From: Gammaproteobacteria bacterium RIFCSPHIGHO2_12_FULL_39_24
GTDB lineage: Bacteria > Pseudomonadota > Gammaproteobacteria > Coxiellales > Coxiellaceae
Length of the DNA: 64,000 nucleotides
Assembly: GCA_001802455.1 (NCBI GenBank)
Contig: MGXZ01000020.1
Location: 32,742 to 96,741, forward strand
Reading direction: 5' to 3'
The notes under the pieces are model-generated. The model saw nothing but the letters and a program-made list of their open reading frames with translations, ran no database searches and was not told where the DNA came from. Both the position numbers and the translations under genes were made by a program. Below, in pieces: positions 34,025 to 43,233 of the stretch. Position 1 is the first letter of the stretch. Every line of letters begins with the position of its first letter.

Positions 34025-36151
34025 ATGGATACCGTCAACAAAAATATTTTCTGTAAACAGTATGATTTGTTTCTCAATATTACGCTCTTGCTGTTATTGC
34101 TTTTTCTCACCGTAAAAATGAATTGTATTCCGGCGCATGATACTTTTTGGCAATATCAGTCATTTTTTGTTTTTTACAACCATTTTTATTTTTACAAAAC
34201 CATACTACAGTGGTTCCCTTATGGCTCATATGGCATACCAGCAATGCCGTTCAACTTGATGTCAATAACACCCGCTCTTTACTTAATAACATTTGTTGGA
34301 AAAGTCTTGGATGTGACAAACACATTACTTTTATTTGAAATGGGTATTTATATTGAAATTTTTATTTATTTTATTGGATTATATTTTCTGTTGATAGAAC
34401 TCAATGTCAGCAAGTCGATTCGTTTTATTGTTTTACTCTCAGCGCTCTCAACTACCGCATGGCAATGGCAAATTGGATTTATGCTCAATATTTTTTACTT
34501 GATTCCACTTATTTTATTTTGTTTTATTAGATTGGATAAAACAAAACAAATAAGGTGGTTATATTATTCTGGTTATATTTTCTTAATTAACATTATCGGT
34601 ATAGCAACTTATTTAATACTCATTCAATTTTATACACTGTTTTTCTTTTTTATTGGGCTGTTAATCACAAATCGTGCTTTATCTAAAACAGTATTTTCAA
34701 CTGCTATTTTTAAAACGAAATATTTTGCGCTGCTCATTATAATGTTGATTCCTTTTATCACCATGGCGCATTTCATCACACATGATTTGATTGATCTGAC
34801 ACCCGGCAGAATACATGGTTACAATACAGTGGATACCTTTATCCATTATGCTTTTCAACCCATTGGTAATGTCGTTTATGGATATCTGACTGGCAATATT
34901 TCACTCTCAGATAATACGTACTATATCGGACTTTTTTTATTAGCCGCTTTTATTTACGGAATTTTTTATTGCGACAATAAATACTTTCGAGCATTTTTAT
35001 TACCAATCATTTTTTTAATATGGCTTTCGATATCCGGTATTTTTGCACACATTGTTTATTTTTTTCCAGGAATGAAATACTATCGCCACATTGATCTCAC
35101 ATTCGGCATCACCAGTTGTTTAATGATCATTAGCGCGGCGATTATCATACAAAATATTGTTAATGATCATACGCGTCGTTTTGTGTGTCCGACATTTTTT
35201 ATTATAATATTTACGTTAATGATTGTTGATTTTTTAGTAAGTCACTTTGTCCTACACACTATTCCAACATTTCATTCTACTGTCCCCATAAAAATACTCA
35301 CTACAAAATTTAATCTTTATCAGCTTTTTTTCTGTATGCGAATTATTTTTTATTCAACATTTATTTTTTTTGCAGCACGCTCGCAACGACCCATTTGGAT
35401 TATCTTATTTTCTATTGCTATTTTTGATGTGATGAGCTACCAATTTCTACAACTATACGATATCAAACACAACTATTTTACAGCGACAAAAACAATCACC
35501 ACGGCTGAGAAAATAAAATATCAACCCAAACGAAGCGATACTGTTAAAAACATGACGCCGAATCAACTGGAACGTTGGAACTTATCGACCAACATGGCTT
35601 CTGTTAAAAATTCGTTGGATGATAATTCTGCAGTTTATTCCCAATCTACTTATTTATTTGCTTCATCAGACCCGTGTCATCCCAAATACCGAGTTGATTT
35701 ATTATCACCATCGATTGCACCGCTTTTTCAACAAATCAATCATGGGCACGGAACTAACAACCTGCTCAATATCATTGGCTGCCACTCATCAAAATTATTT
35801 TTAAATGGACTGCCGCTGTTTACGTTTCAATTAAATCACTTTAGTGGTGACACCGTTTCTTTTACCGTTGAAAATAAAAGTGATCGATCTCAACTGTTAA
35901 CCTATGCTGATGCTCAATATCCAGGTTGGACGGTATTTATTGATGGGCAACAAAAAAAACTGATGACAACACAGCATGGATTCAAAGCAGTCGTACTGTC
36001 ACCGGGGGTGCATACAGTATATTTTGAATATGCAAATTTACTTTATTTAATTTTATCGTGGTTTTTAGCGGGCGCCTCATTGTTATTTTTTCTCTCACTC
36101 ATTATGTCGCTATCAGTGTTTTTATCAAAATTAATTCGCTCTGCCACATAA
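34025..36151 (+). CDS. YfhO-like polytopic GT-C glycosyltransferase (second copy)
   Basis: 708-aa ORF with many TM helices. A C-terminal soluble segment carries YPGWTVFIDGQQKKLMTTQHGFKAVVLSPGVHTVYFEY and is followed by a terminal TM helix. Confidence 0.65.
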   Translation: MDTVNKNIFCKQYDLFLNITLLLLLLFLTVKMNCIPAHDTFWQYQSFFVFYNHFYFYKTILQWFPYGSYGIPAMPFNLMSITPALYLITFVGKVLDVTNTLLLFEMGIYIEIFIYFIGLYFLLIELNVSKSIRFIVLLSALSTTAWQWQIGFMLNIFYLIPLILFCFIRLDKTKQIRWLYYSGYIFLINIIGIATYLILIQFYTLFFFFIGLLITNRALSKTVFSTAIFKTKYFALLIIMLIPFITMAHFITHDLIDLTPGRIHGYNTVDTFIHYAFQPIGNVVYGYLTGNISLSDNTYYIGLFLLAAFIYGIFYCDNKYFRAFLLPIIFLIWLSISGIFAHIVYFFPGMKYYRHIDLTFGITSCLMIISAAIIIQNIVNDHTRRFVCPTFFIIIFTLMIVDFLVSHFVLHTIPTFHSTVPIKILTTKFNLYQLFFCMRIIFYSTFIFFAARSQRPIWIILFSIAIFDVMSYQFLQLYDIKHNYFTATKTITTAEKIKYQPKRSDTVKNMTPNQLERWNLSTNMASVKNSLDDNSAVYSQSTYLFASSDPCHPKYRVDLLSPSIAPLFQQINHGHGTNNLLNIIGCHSSKLFLNGLPLFTFQLNHFSGDTVSFTVENKSDRSQLLTYADAQYPGWTVFIDGQQKKLMTTQHGFKAVVLSPGVHTVYFEYANLLYLILSWFLAGASLLFFLSLIMSLSVFLSKLIRSAT

Positions 36152-37053
36152 ACCAAAGGGCGCTTCAGAATTTGCGTGTGAATACTGGCAACATATTCAC
36201 CGATGATTCCAAGAAAAAATAACAATATTGAAAAAAAGAAAAATAACGCGATCATAATGGGTGCGATACCCGCATAAAAATGATTCCAAAAAATAAGTTT
36301 TAAAATAAATAATGCAGCAGCACAAAACAGGCTAAATACAGATAAAAAAAGTCCTAGCATCGTTGCTAATCGGATCGGCACTTTTGAGTGACTCGTAAAC
36401 CCCAGTATCGCCCAATCAAAAAGAATATAAAAATTGGCTTTCGAAGCACCGCGTTTTCTAAGTGGTTGCAAAAAAGGAATTTCTTTAATTGGATAACCAA
36501 TCTCTGAAATAATTCCTCTGAAATAGGGATACGAATCACCCAGCTCTTTGATCGCATGAATAACTGTTTTGTCATATAAACCAAAGCCGGTGAAATTTTT
36601 AACGAGTTTTATATTCGCAATTTTATTGGCAAGCCAGTAATATAATTTTCTCACTCTAGCCATCAAAAAACCTTCTTGGGTTTTTGCTTTTGTCGCAACA
36701 ACAATTTTCCAACCCGCCTCCCACGCTGTCAAAAAATCCTTAATCAGTTCTGGCGGATCTTGTAAATCACACACAATCGAAATAACCACATCCCCTTTTG
36801 CCTGAAAATAACCATACACAGGTGAACGCACAGGACCAAAGTTTCTAGTATTAACAATAATTTTCACATTATTATCTTGTGCTGCGATTCTTTTTAAAAT
36901 AGAAACGGTTTTATCTTCAGAACAGTTATCAATAAAAATATGCTCATAATGATATTGCGGTAATTCAGAAAATATTTTTTTCACCTGCTCATATAGATCA
37001 GCAGCATTTTCTTCTTCGTTATAACAAGGCGTCACCACAGAGATCAGCTTCAT
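36043..37053 (-). CDS. GT2 polyprenyl-phosphate glycosyltransferase (GtrB/ArnC/DPM1 type), second copy
   Basis: 336-aa ORF with VVTPCYNEEENA, VCDLQDPPELI and two C-terminal TM helices. Its hydrophilic tail overlaps the convergent GT-C gene by 109 nt. Confidence 0.82.
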   Translation of the reverse strand: MKLISVVTPCYNEEENAADLYEQVKKIFSELPQYHYEHIFIDNCSEDKTVSILKRIAAQDNNVKIIVNTRNFGPVRSPVYGYFQAKGDVVISIVCDLQDPPELIKDFLTAWEAGWKIVVATKAKTQEGFLMARVRKLYYWLANKIANIKLVKNFTGFGLYDKTVIHAIKELGDSYPYFRGIISEIGYPIKEIPFLQPLRKRGASKANFYILFDWAILGFTSHSKVPIRLATMLGLFLSVFSLFCAAALFILKLIFWNHFYAGIAPIMIALFFFFSILLFFLGIIGEYVASIHTQILKRPLVYVAERINFDKNTDSDIMSERKNNNEAPAKNHDKIK

Positions 37054-37409
37054 AATACGTTCCTAAAAACAAAATGTTTATTCGCATAATAACTCGCGAA
37101 CGCCAATAGCACGATCGCTATTCCGCCATCAAGATAAAGATCAGAAATAAAATCATGCAACAAATGTATTATTCCGATGTTCAAAAAATACAGCACTAAA
37201 TACAAAAAACAAAATCGTAAAAAAAAATTGTCATTTTTAAAAACAAGTCTGCTGATGGTAAAAAAGTTAAAAATCACACCCAGTACCGTTGAACCCAGCG
37301 CTGCGAAGAGATAGGAGATGTTCAAAAAAACAAGAGCGCTAAAGATTGCGTACCCAAAAAGCGTGTTCAGGCCACCCACTAACAAAAAACGAATAAATCG
37401 AGCATTCAT
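37050..37409 (-). CDS. GtrA-family membrane protein
   Basis: 119-aa ORF starting MNARFIRFLLVGGLNTLFGYAIF (typical GtrA N-terminus), with four hydrophobic helices. It has 4-nt overlaps on both sides. Confidence 0.75.
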   Translation of the reverse strand: MNARFIRFLLVGGLNTLFGYAIFSALVFLNISYLFAALGSTVLGVIFNFFTISRLVFKNDNFFLRFCFLYLVLYFLNIGIIHLLHDFISDLYLDGGIAIVLLAFASYYANKHFVFRNVL

Positions 37410-39184
37410 GCACTTTGTTTCATCACTAGAAAATAATTTTCAACCATCTGATAGTGTGGTTCATATAATGGTCGCCAACTCAGGTAACCATCTTCTTTTA
37501 TTTCACGATACAAGGCTTGCCTACTTATTTCTTTGAAATTTAATTTTTTATAAAGATCAATCGCGCGCGAATTGTTTCCCAACACTTTTAAATAATATTG
37601 CTGAATATCTAAAAATATTTTTCCCCAGCTCATCATCGCCTCACATGCGAAAAGCATAACACCTTTGTGATAATTTATTTTTCCACGCACAATGTTATCT
37701 ATTTCGCACGCCTTGTTTTTCCAATCAAAACGATTCAAACCAACATGGCCAACATATTCCCCATTTTTCTCTCTCACAAAAAACAAAACCCTGTCTTTTG
37801 CTTTCGTGAGTAAATGCTCAAGCCATCGCTTTGTGCTTTCTACCGTTACATCAAACTCATCTAAAAATCCGTGTTGATTTTTCTTTCTCCACTCCATCAA
37901 GAACAATATTTTTTGGTCATTCAATCTGTCATTCTGACAAATTGCTTCCAGCGTAAATAACGCGCCGTTACAATTAAAATCAATTAAATATCCATTTTCC
38001 TTAATATCCGCTATTTTTTTTATAACTTCTTCTTTATGAGACATCCAGCCTTGCAATGCATGTTGGGCAGATGCTTGCTTCATCACCAGTTGTTTGATTG
38101 CACCGCAAACATAATCAATTTCTTCTTCTGATAAATTATGCCCACTTGGTAAATTAATTCCACGAGAACCAACAAAATAAGCATTGGGATTATTTTCGCG
38201 CTGAAACATTGGCATCGAGCTAAGTGGATGAAATACCGGTCTTGAATCAACCCCTTTTTCTTTTAATTTCTGAATAAAATCATCTCTGGTTTCTGGGATA
38301 TCATTACTCAAAATAATAGATGTCATCCAAAAGATATTATTCACATTTTTCTTTTCAACATTTAATTTCAGTAACTCAATATCATTCAATCGACTTTGAT
38401 ACCATTTGAATATTTTTTTTTTCTGGGCAACAATTTCTTCAACACGCTCAAGTTGCGCCAAACCCAATGCCGCTTGCATATTTGACATTTTATATTTAAA
38501 TCCAATGCTGGTATTAAACAGCGGAACTTTGGGATCTCGACCATGGTCACCAAAATATTGCGCCTTTTCAAAAAGAACTTTGTTGTTCGTTACCAGCATT
38601 CCGCCTTCGCCAGTCACAATCGCTTTTGCACCTTGAAAACTAAACGCAGCCGCATCACCAAATGATCCGGTTCGTTTTCCATGATAAGTTGCACCAATAC
38701 TTTGCGCTGCGTCTTCGATCACAAATAAATTATGTTTTTTTGCGAGTGCCAACAGTGGTTCCATATCACAAGGATGTCCGTATAAATGTACTGGCATGAT
38801 TGCAATCGTTTTGGGAGTAATTAATTTTTCAACTGATTCTGGCAACATTGTCCACGATTCTAAATCGATATCACAAAAAACAGGTGTTGCACCAACATAT
38901 TTCACAACCGATGCTGTTGCCACCCACGTTATCTCGGGAACAATAATTTCATCACCTTCTTTTATGTTCAGTGCTTTTAAAATAAGATGCATTGCGCCTG
39001 TGCAACTGGAAGTGGCTAATGCATGACTAACATCCAAATATTTTGCAAATTGATTTTGGAATTTACTCAGATAGTTTGCCCAACTGTGATTCCATCCATT
39101 GGCAACTGCGTCAGCAACATAAGCAATTTCTTTATTTGTAATGCTGGGACCTGCAGTTAAAATAACATCACTTATTTTACTCAT
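37406..39184 (-). CDS. Bifunctional DegT/DnrJ/EryC1-type sugar aminotransferase fused to a C-terminal GNAT N-acetyltransferase domain
   Basis: 592-aa ORF. The N-terminal ~380 aa retain the PLP lysine (FSFQGAKAIVTGEGG). The C-terminal ~190 aa are GNAT-like (VGHVGLNRFDWKNKACEIDNIVRG...NSRAIDLYKKLNF). Confidence 0.8.
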   Translation of the reverse strand: MSKISDVILTAGPSITNKEIAYVADAVANGWNHSWANYLSKFQNQFAKYLDVSHALATSSCTGAMHLILKALNIKEGDEIIVPEITWVATASVVKYVGATPVFCDIDLESWTMLPESVEKLITPKTIAIMPVHLYGHPCDMEPLLALAKKHNLFVIEDAAQSIGATYHGKRTGSFGDAAAFSFQGAKAIVTGEGGMLVTNNKVLFEKAQYFGDHGRDPKVPLFNTSIGFKYKMSNMQAALGLAQLERVEEIVAQKKKIFKWYQSRLNDIELLKLNVEKKNVNNIFWMTSIILSNDIPETRDDFIQKLKEKGVDSRPVFHPLSSMPMFQRENNPNAYFVGSRGINLPSGHNLSEEEIDYVCGAIKQLVMKQASAQHALQGWMSHKEEVIKKIADIKENGYLIDFNCNGALFTLEAICQNDRLNDQKILFLMEWRKKNQHGFLDEFDVTVESTKRWLEHLLTKAKDRVLFFVREKNGEYVGHVGLNRFDWKNKACEIDNIVRGKINYHKGVMLFACEAMMSWGKIFLDIQQYYLKVLGNNSRAIDLYKKLNFKEISRQALYREIKEDGYLSWRPLYEPHYQMVENYFLVMKQSA

Positions 39185-39198
39185 CTTTATTTCCTACA

Positions 39199-40098
39199 TT
39201 AATTTAACGTTATTTCTATCGACAACAAATCTCTAAAATGATTTTGATCGCCCACTAACTTTGGAATAAAATCTCGAAAGCCCAATCGATGCACCAAGGG
39301 TATTTTCGTTATTTCGCCTTTGAAAAATAATTCATGTATTTTTTCAAGAATAGCGCTACCGAAACCACCATCCAACTGATGTTCTTCTACCGTAAATATT
39401 TTTTTGGATTTTTTAACAATACTACTTATTCCTTGAATATCCATCGGCTTGATGACGGGAACACTATATAAGCTAAAAGCGAGTTTTTTTTCTTTCAAGA
39501 TGGTGTAAACAAAATGGGTGATCGTGCCGGTCGTTAAAATAGATATGTCTGAATTATTTTCAATAATGGGTAACACTCTTTCCACAGACTTAATTTCACC
39601 ATCATGCAAAACATCTGAACCGCCTTTATCTAAGCGAATATAACAAGGGCAGGAATATAACATCGCATTTTCTAGCGATGCTTTGGTTTCTCTGATATCA
39701 GCGGGCGTGTAGACACGTATGTTTGGTAATGCACGCAATATTGCCATGTCTTCAATTCCATGGTGCGTATACCCAGCACTACCATAAGTAAATCCTGCGC
39801 CAATCGAAATAATTTTTACATTAGCGTTGTGGTAACACAAATCATTTCGAATTTGTTCTAAACACCTGAGTGATGGGAAATTGGCAATGGAGTAAACAAA
39901 AACCGTTTTTCCCGCAAGCGCCATTCCAGAAGCAACACCAATCATATTCTGTTCTGCGACACCGGCATTAATAAATTGATTTGGAAATTGTTCCTGAAAT
40001 TTTTCAAGAACAGAGTATCCCAAATCACCCGTCATCAAAATAAGATTAGGATTATTTTTTCCCATTTCTACTAATGTATTAATTAAAACGGTTCTCAC
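39199..40098 (-). CDS. Split transketolase, C-terminal (pyrimidine-binding) subunit
   Basis: 299-aa ORF with FINAGVAEQNMIGVASGMALAGK, typical of the transketolase central domain. Confidence 0.85.
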   Translation of the reverse strand: MRTVLINTLVEMGKNNPNLILMTGDLGYSVLEKFQEQFPNQFINAGVAEQNMIGVASGMALAGKTVFVYSIANFPSLRCLEQIRNDLCYHNANVKIISIGAGFTYGSAGYTHHGIEDMAILRALPNIRVYTPADIRETKASLENAMLYSCPCYIRLDKGGSDVLHDGEIKSVERVLPIIENNSDISILTTGTITHFVYTILKEKKLAFSLYSVPVIKPMDIQGISSIVKKSKKIFTVEEHQLDGGFGSAILEKIHELFFKGEITKIPLVHRLGFRDFIPKLVGDQNHFRDLLSIEITLN

Positions 40099-40104
40099 AT
40101 TTTT

Positions 40105-40911
40105 TTACCCCAATTCTTTTTGCGCTAAATTAAATTGCTCGGCATTAGGAGAGGCATAATGCCACTGTAATTTATTTTCCATAAAACCAACGCCCCTTCC
40201 CTTCACGGTATGCGCAATAATGATGGTTGGTTTATTCGATATATTTTTCTTATTCAATTGTGTTTTAATATCAGCATGATCATGACCATCTATTTCAACC
40301 ACATTCCAACCAAATGCTTTCCATTTATCTGAAAATGGTTCAAGACGCATAATTTCTTCCACCGTTCCTAGTCCTTGTAATTTGTTATAGTCAACTATCA
40401 TGTTTACATTATCTAACTGATGATGCGCACAAAATAATGCTGACTCCCATGTTGTTCCTTCATCACATTCTCCATCACTCAATAAAACAAAAACACGATT
40501 AGATTTTTTATCCAACTTAAATGCTTTTGCAATTCCACTCGCTACTGGTAATCCATGACCTAATGATCCCGTAGAAAGTTCCACACCTGGAACACCATTT
40601 GCGGTGACATGACCAAATAATCGAGAATCATTTTGACAATACGTTGTCAGCTCTTCTTCCGAAATAAATCCGTAAGCAGCCAATGTCGCATACATTGCTG
40701 CAACACCATGTCCTTTACTTAAAATAAAATAATCTCGTTCAACTGAACGGTAAGTCGCTGGAGAAATACGAAGCACATCCGAATACAAAACGGCTAAAAT
40801 ATCAATCACAGAAAATGATGAACCGATATGCGAACTCTTCGATTCCGTAATCATTTTTAAAACTAGTTTTCTAATTTTAAGTGCGATAAATATAGAATCT
40901 TTTTTATTCAT
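40105..40911 (-). CDS. Split transketolase, N-terminal (ThDP-binding) subunit
   Basis: 268-aa ORF with SHIGSSFSVIDILAVLY, SKGHGVAAMYA and LSDGECDEGTTWESALFCAHHQLDNV. Confidence 0.85.
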   Translation of the reverse strand: MNKKDSIFIALKIRKLVLKMITESKSSHIGSSFSVIDILAVLYSDVLRISPATYRSVERDYFILSKGHGVAAMYATLAAYGFISEEELTTYCQNDSRLFGHVTANGVPGVELSTGSLGHGLPVASGIAKAFKLDKKSNRVFVLLSDGECDEGTTWESALFCAHHQLDNVNMIVDYNKLQGLGTVEEIMRLEPFSDKWKAFGWNVVEIDGHDHADIKTQLNKKNISNKPTIIIAHTVKGRGVGFMENKLQWHYASPNAEQFNLAQKELG

Positions 40912-40915
40912 ATTG

Positions 40916-42139
40916 TTATCGACTTTTTAAAAACAATGAAACAGATTCATGCATATGATCCAGCATAGCTTGTGTCAACCCATGATGACACGCTAATAAA
41001 ATACCACCTCGCATCACTTGATCCGCATTCGGATAATGATCTCGTTTTTTGCATACCATATTTTTGAATCCAGGTTGTCTTAAAATATTGCCTGTGAAAA
41101 CAGTACGCGTTTGTATATTTCTTTTTTCTAAAAATAGTTGTAATTCTGTTCGAGTAAACGGTGCATCATCTTTTACCATCACTGGAAAAGCTAACCAACC
41201 TGTGCGCGAATACTGGAGTTGTTTTGGTAAAATAAAATAGGATTCATGTTGTTTGAAAAAATTTTTTTGTTTTTCAAACCAATGAATGCGTGCATCAATA
41301 TTTTTTTGTAAATTATCTAATTGCACCAAACCAAAAGCGGCACACATTTCATTTGCTTCTAAATTATAACCTAACGCCTCAAAAACAAATTTTGCATCGT
41401 AGCGCATCCCCTCAACATCAACACTAAAGCGATTCTCAATCGACTCAGATTCAACAAATAAAGAAGAACTGCGTCCCCAACTTCTTAGTAATTTCGCACG
41501 ATTTGATAAACGGTCATCATTCACACACAACATACCGCCATTACCGCCACAACTAATCACATGCGATCCATAGAAGCTGGTCGTGGAGATATCAACAAAT
41601 TGTCCTGTAGTGTGATTATCAATCGTTGCGCTCAATGTGTCTGCTGAATCTTCAATCAGTATTAAATTATATTTATCTGCAATTGTTTTTATTTTTTTCC
41701 AATCCGGTAAATTACCCAATAAATTCGGGATCATCATCGCTTTTGTTTTTGAAGTAATCATCGATTCAATTTGATCAACATCGATATTAAATGTATCAGG
41801 TTCTACATCGATAAACACAGGCACTAAACCATTACGCACTAATGGCGCAATAGTTGTTGAAAAAGTTAAAACAGGTGTGATAATTTCAGAACCTGCTGGC
41901 AAATCTAGAATTTCCACCGCGAGATAATTCGCTGAGGAACCTGAGTTCACCATAATACCGTGCTTTTTTGCAAACAACGTTGCGATACGCGCTTCCATCT
42001 CATATACATGCTTTCCCATTTGCGTTGATGTATTTAACACGTGCATCACCGCATTTTTTTCTGCTTCACCCCAAACAGCTTTTCCGTATGGCACATGAAT
42101 GAATTGCTCTTGCATTTTACGCTCAACCACGGTTGTCAT
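40916..42139 (-). CDS. PLP/PMP-dependent NDP-4-keto-6-deoxyhexose 3-dehydratase, E1 (RfbH/DdhC)/SpnQ-like
   Basis: 407-aa DegT-fold ORF. Its active-site context TSFYGSHVISCGGNGG has His at the position of the Schiff-base Lys. It lies directly downstream of rfbF-rfbG. Confidence 0.7.
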   Translation of the reverse strand: MTTVVERKMQEQFIHVPYGKAVWGEAEKNAVMHVLNTSTQMGKHVYEMEARIATLFAKKHGIMVNSGSSANYLAVEILDLPAGSEIITPVLTFSTTIAPLVRNGLVPVFIDVEPDTFNIDVDQIESMITSKTKAMMIPNLLGNLPDWKKIKTIADKYNLILIEDSADTLSATIDNHTTGQFVDISTTSFYGSHVISCGGNGGMLCVNDDRLSNRAKLLRSWGRSSSLFVESESIENRFSVDVEGMRYDAKFVFEALGYNLEANEMCAAFGLVQLDNLQKNIDARIHWFEKQKNFFKQHESYFILPKQLQYSRTGWLAFPVMVKDDAPFTRTELQLFLEKRNIQTRTVFTGNILRQPGFKNMVCKKRDHYPNADQVMRGGILLACHHGLTQAMLDHMHESVSLFLKSR

Positions 42140-42142
42140 TGC

Positions 42143-43213
42143 TCACTCCTGCGTTACTAATTTTTCGTATTGTTTGATTTGCCCTATTGTTATTTCGCGC
42201 ATGTTTTTTTTATTCATCCACGCTTGATACCAAGTCGAAATCCACGCAATAGTCGCATCTATGTCTAACTGCGATTTCCACTTTAATTCGTTCATCGCTT
42301 TTGTTGTATCTAATTTCAAATAATGCGCTTCATGTAAATTTTCTTTATCTTGCTCAATAAGATAACCCCTGTTTTTTTCTGGCCACACAGAAAACATTTT
42401 TTTAATTATTTTTTCCACGCTCATTGCATCTTGTACAAAAGGTCCAAAATTCCATGCGCCACTTAATTTATCTGGATGATGAAATAATTTTTCAGCTAAC
42501 AATAAATATCCAAACAAAGGTTCCAATACGTGTTGCCAAGGACGAATTGCATTTGGATTTCGAATTACAACTGATCTGTTTTCAATAATACTGTTTATGA
42601 TATCGGGAATAAGGCGATCTTGAGACCAATCACCACCACCAATCACATTACCTGCTCGTGCAGAAGCCAATCCTTTTTTTAATTTTTGAAAATAGGATTT
42701 TTGATAGGCCGTTGTCACTAATTCAGAACATGCTTTACTACTACTGTAGGGATCCTCTCCGCCGACATTTTCATTTTCACGATACCCCCACATCCATTCT
42801 TTATTCTCGTAACATTTATCCGTTGTCACATTCACAACAGCCTTCACTGATTCGGTGGTTTTTGCAGCTTCTAATACATACGCTGTTCCCATCACATTGG
42901 TAGAATAAGTTTCAATAGGATTGTGATACGAATACCGAACAAGCGGTTGCGCAGCCATGTGGATAATAATTTCTGGTTCGAAATCATGAATGATTTTTTT
43001 GATCTGCGAAAATTCACGCACATCTGCAATACAATTTTTCATGTGCTGTGCAACATCAGCAAGTGAAAATAAATTGGGTGTTGTTGTAGGTTCAAGCGAG
43101 ATGCCACACAAATGCGCATTCAGTTGCTGCAACCACAGTGATAACCAAGATCCTTTAAATCCAGTGTGACCCGTGATTAATACACGGCGATTTTTCCAAA
43201 ACAATGCATTCAC
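42143..43213 (-). CDS. rfbG: CDP-glucose 4,6-dehydratase
   Basis: 356-aa ORF with FWKNRRVLITGHTGFKGSWLSLWL, VTTDKCYEN and YSSSKAC. Confidence 0.88.
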   Translation of the reverse strand: MNALFWKNRRVLITGHTGFKGSWLSLWLQQLNAHLCGISLEPTTTPNLFSLADVAQHMKNCIADVREFSQIKKIIHDFEPEIIIHMAAQPLVRYSYHNPIETYSTNVMGTAYVLEAAKTTESVKAVVNVTTDKCYENKEWMWGYRENENVGGEDPYSSSKACSELVTTAYQKSYFQKLKKGLASARAGNVIGGGDWSQDRLIPDIINSIIENRSVVIRNPNAIRPWQHVLEPLFGYLLLAEKLFHHPDKLSGAWNFGPFVQDAMSVEKIIKKMFSVWPEKNRGYLIEQDKENLHEAHYLKLDTTKAMNELKWKSQLDIDATIAWISTWYQAWMNKKNMREITIGQIKQYEKLVTQE

Positions 43214-43233
43214 ATTCAGCTACTCACGTTGGA

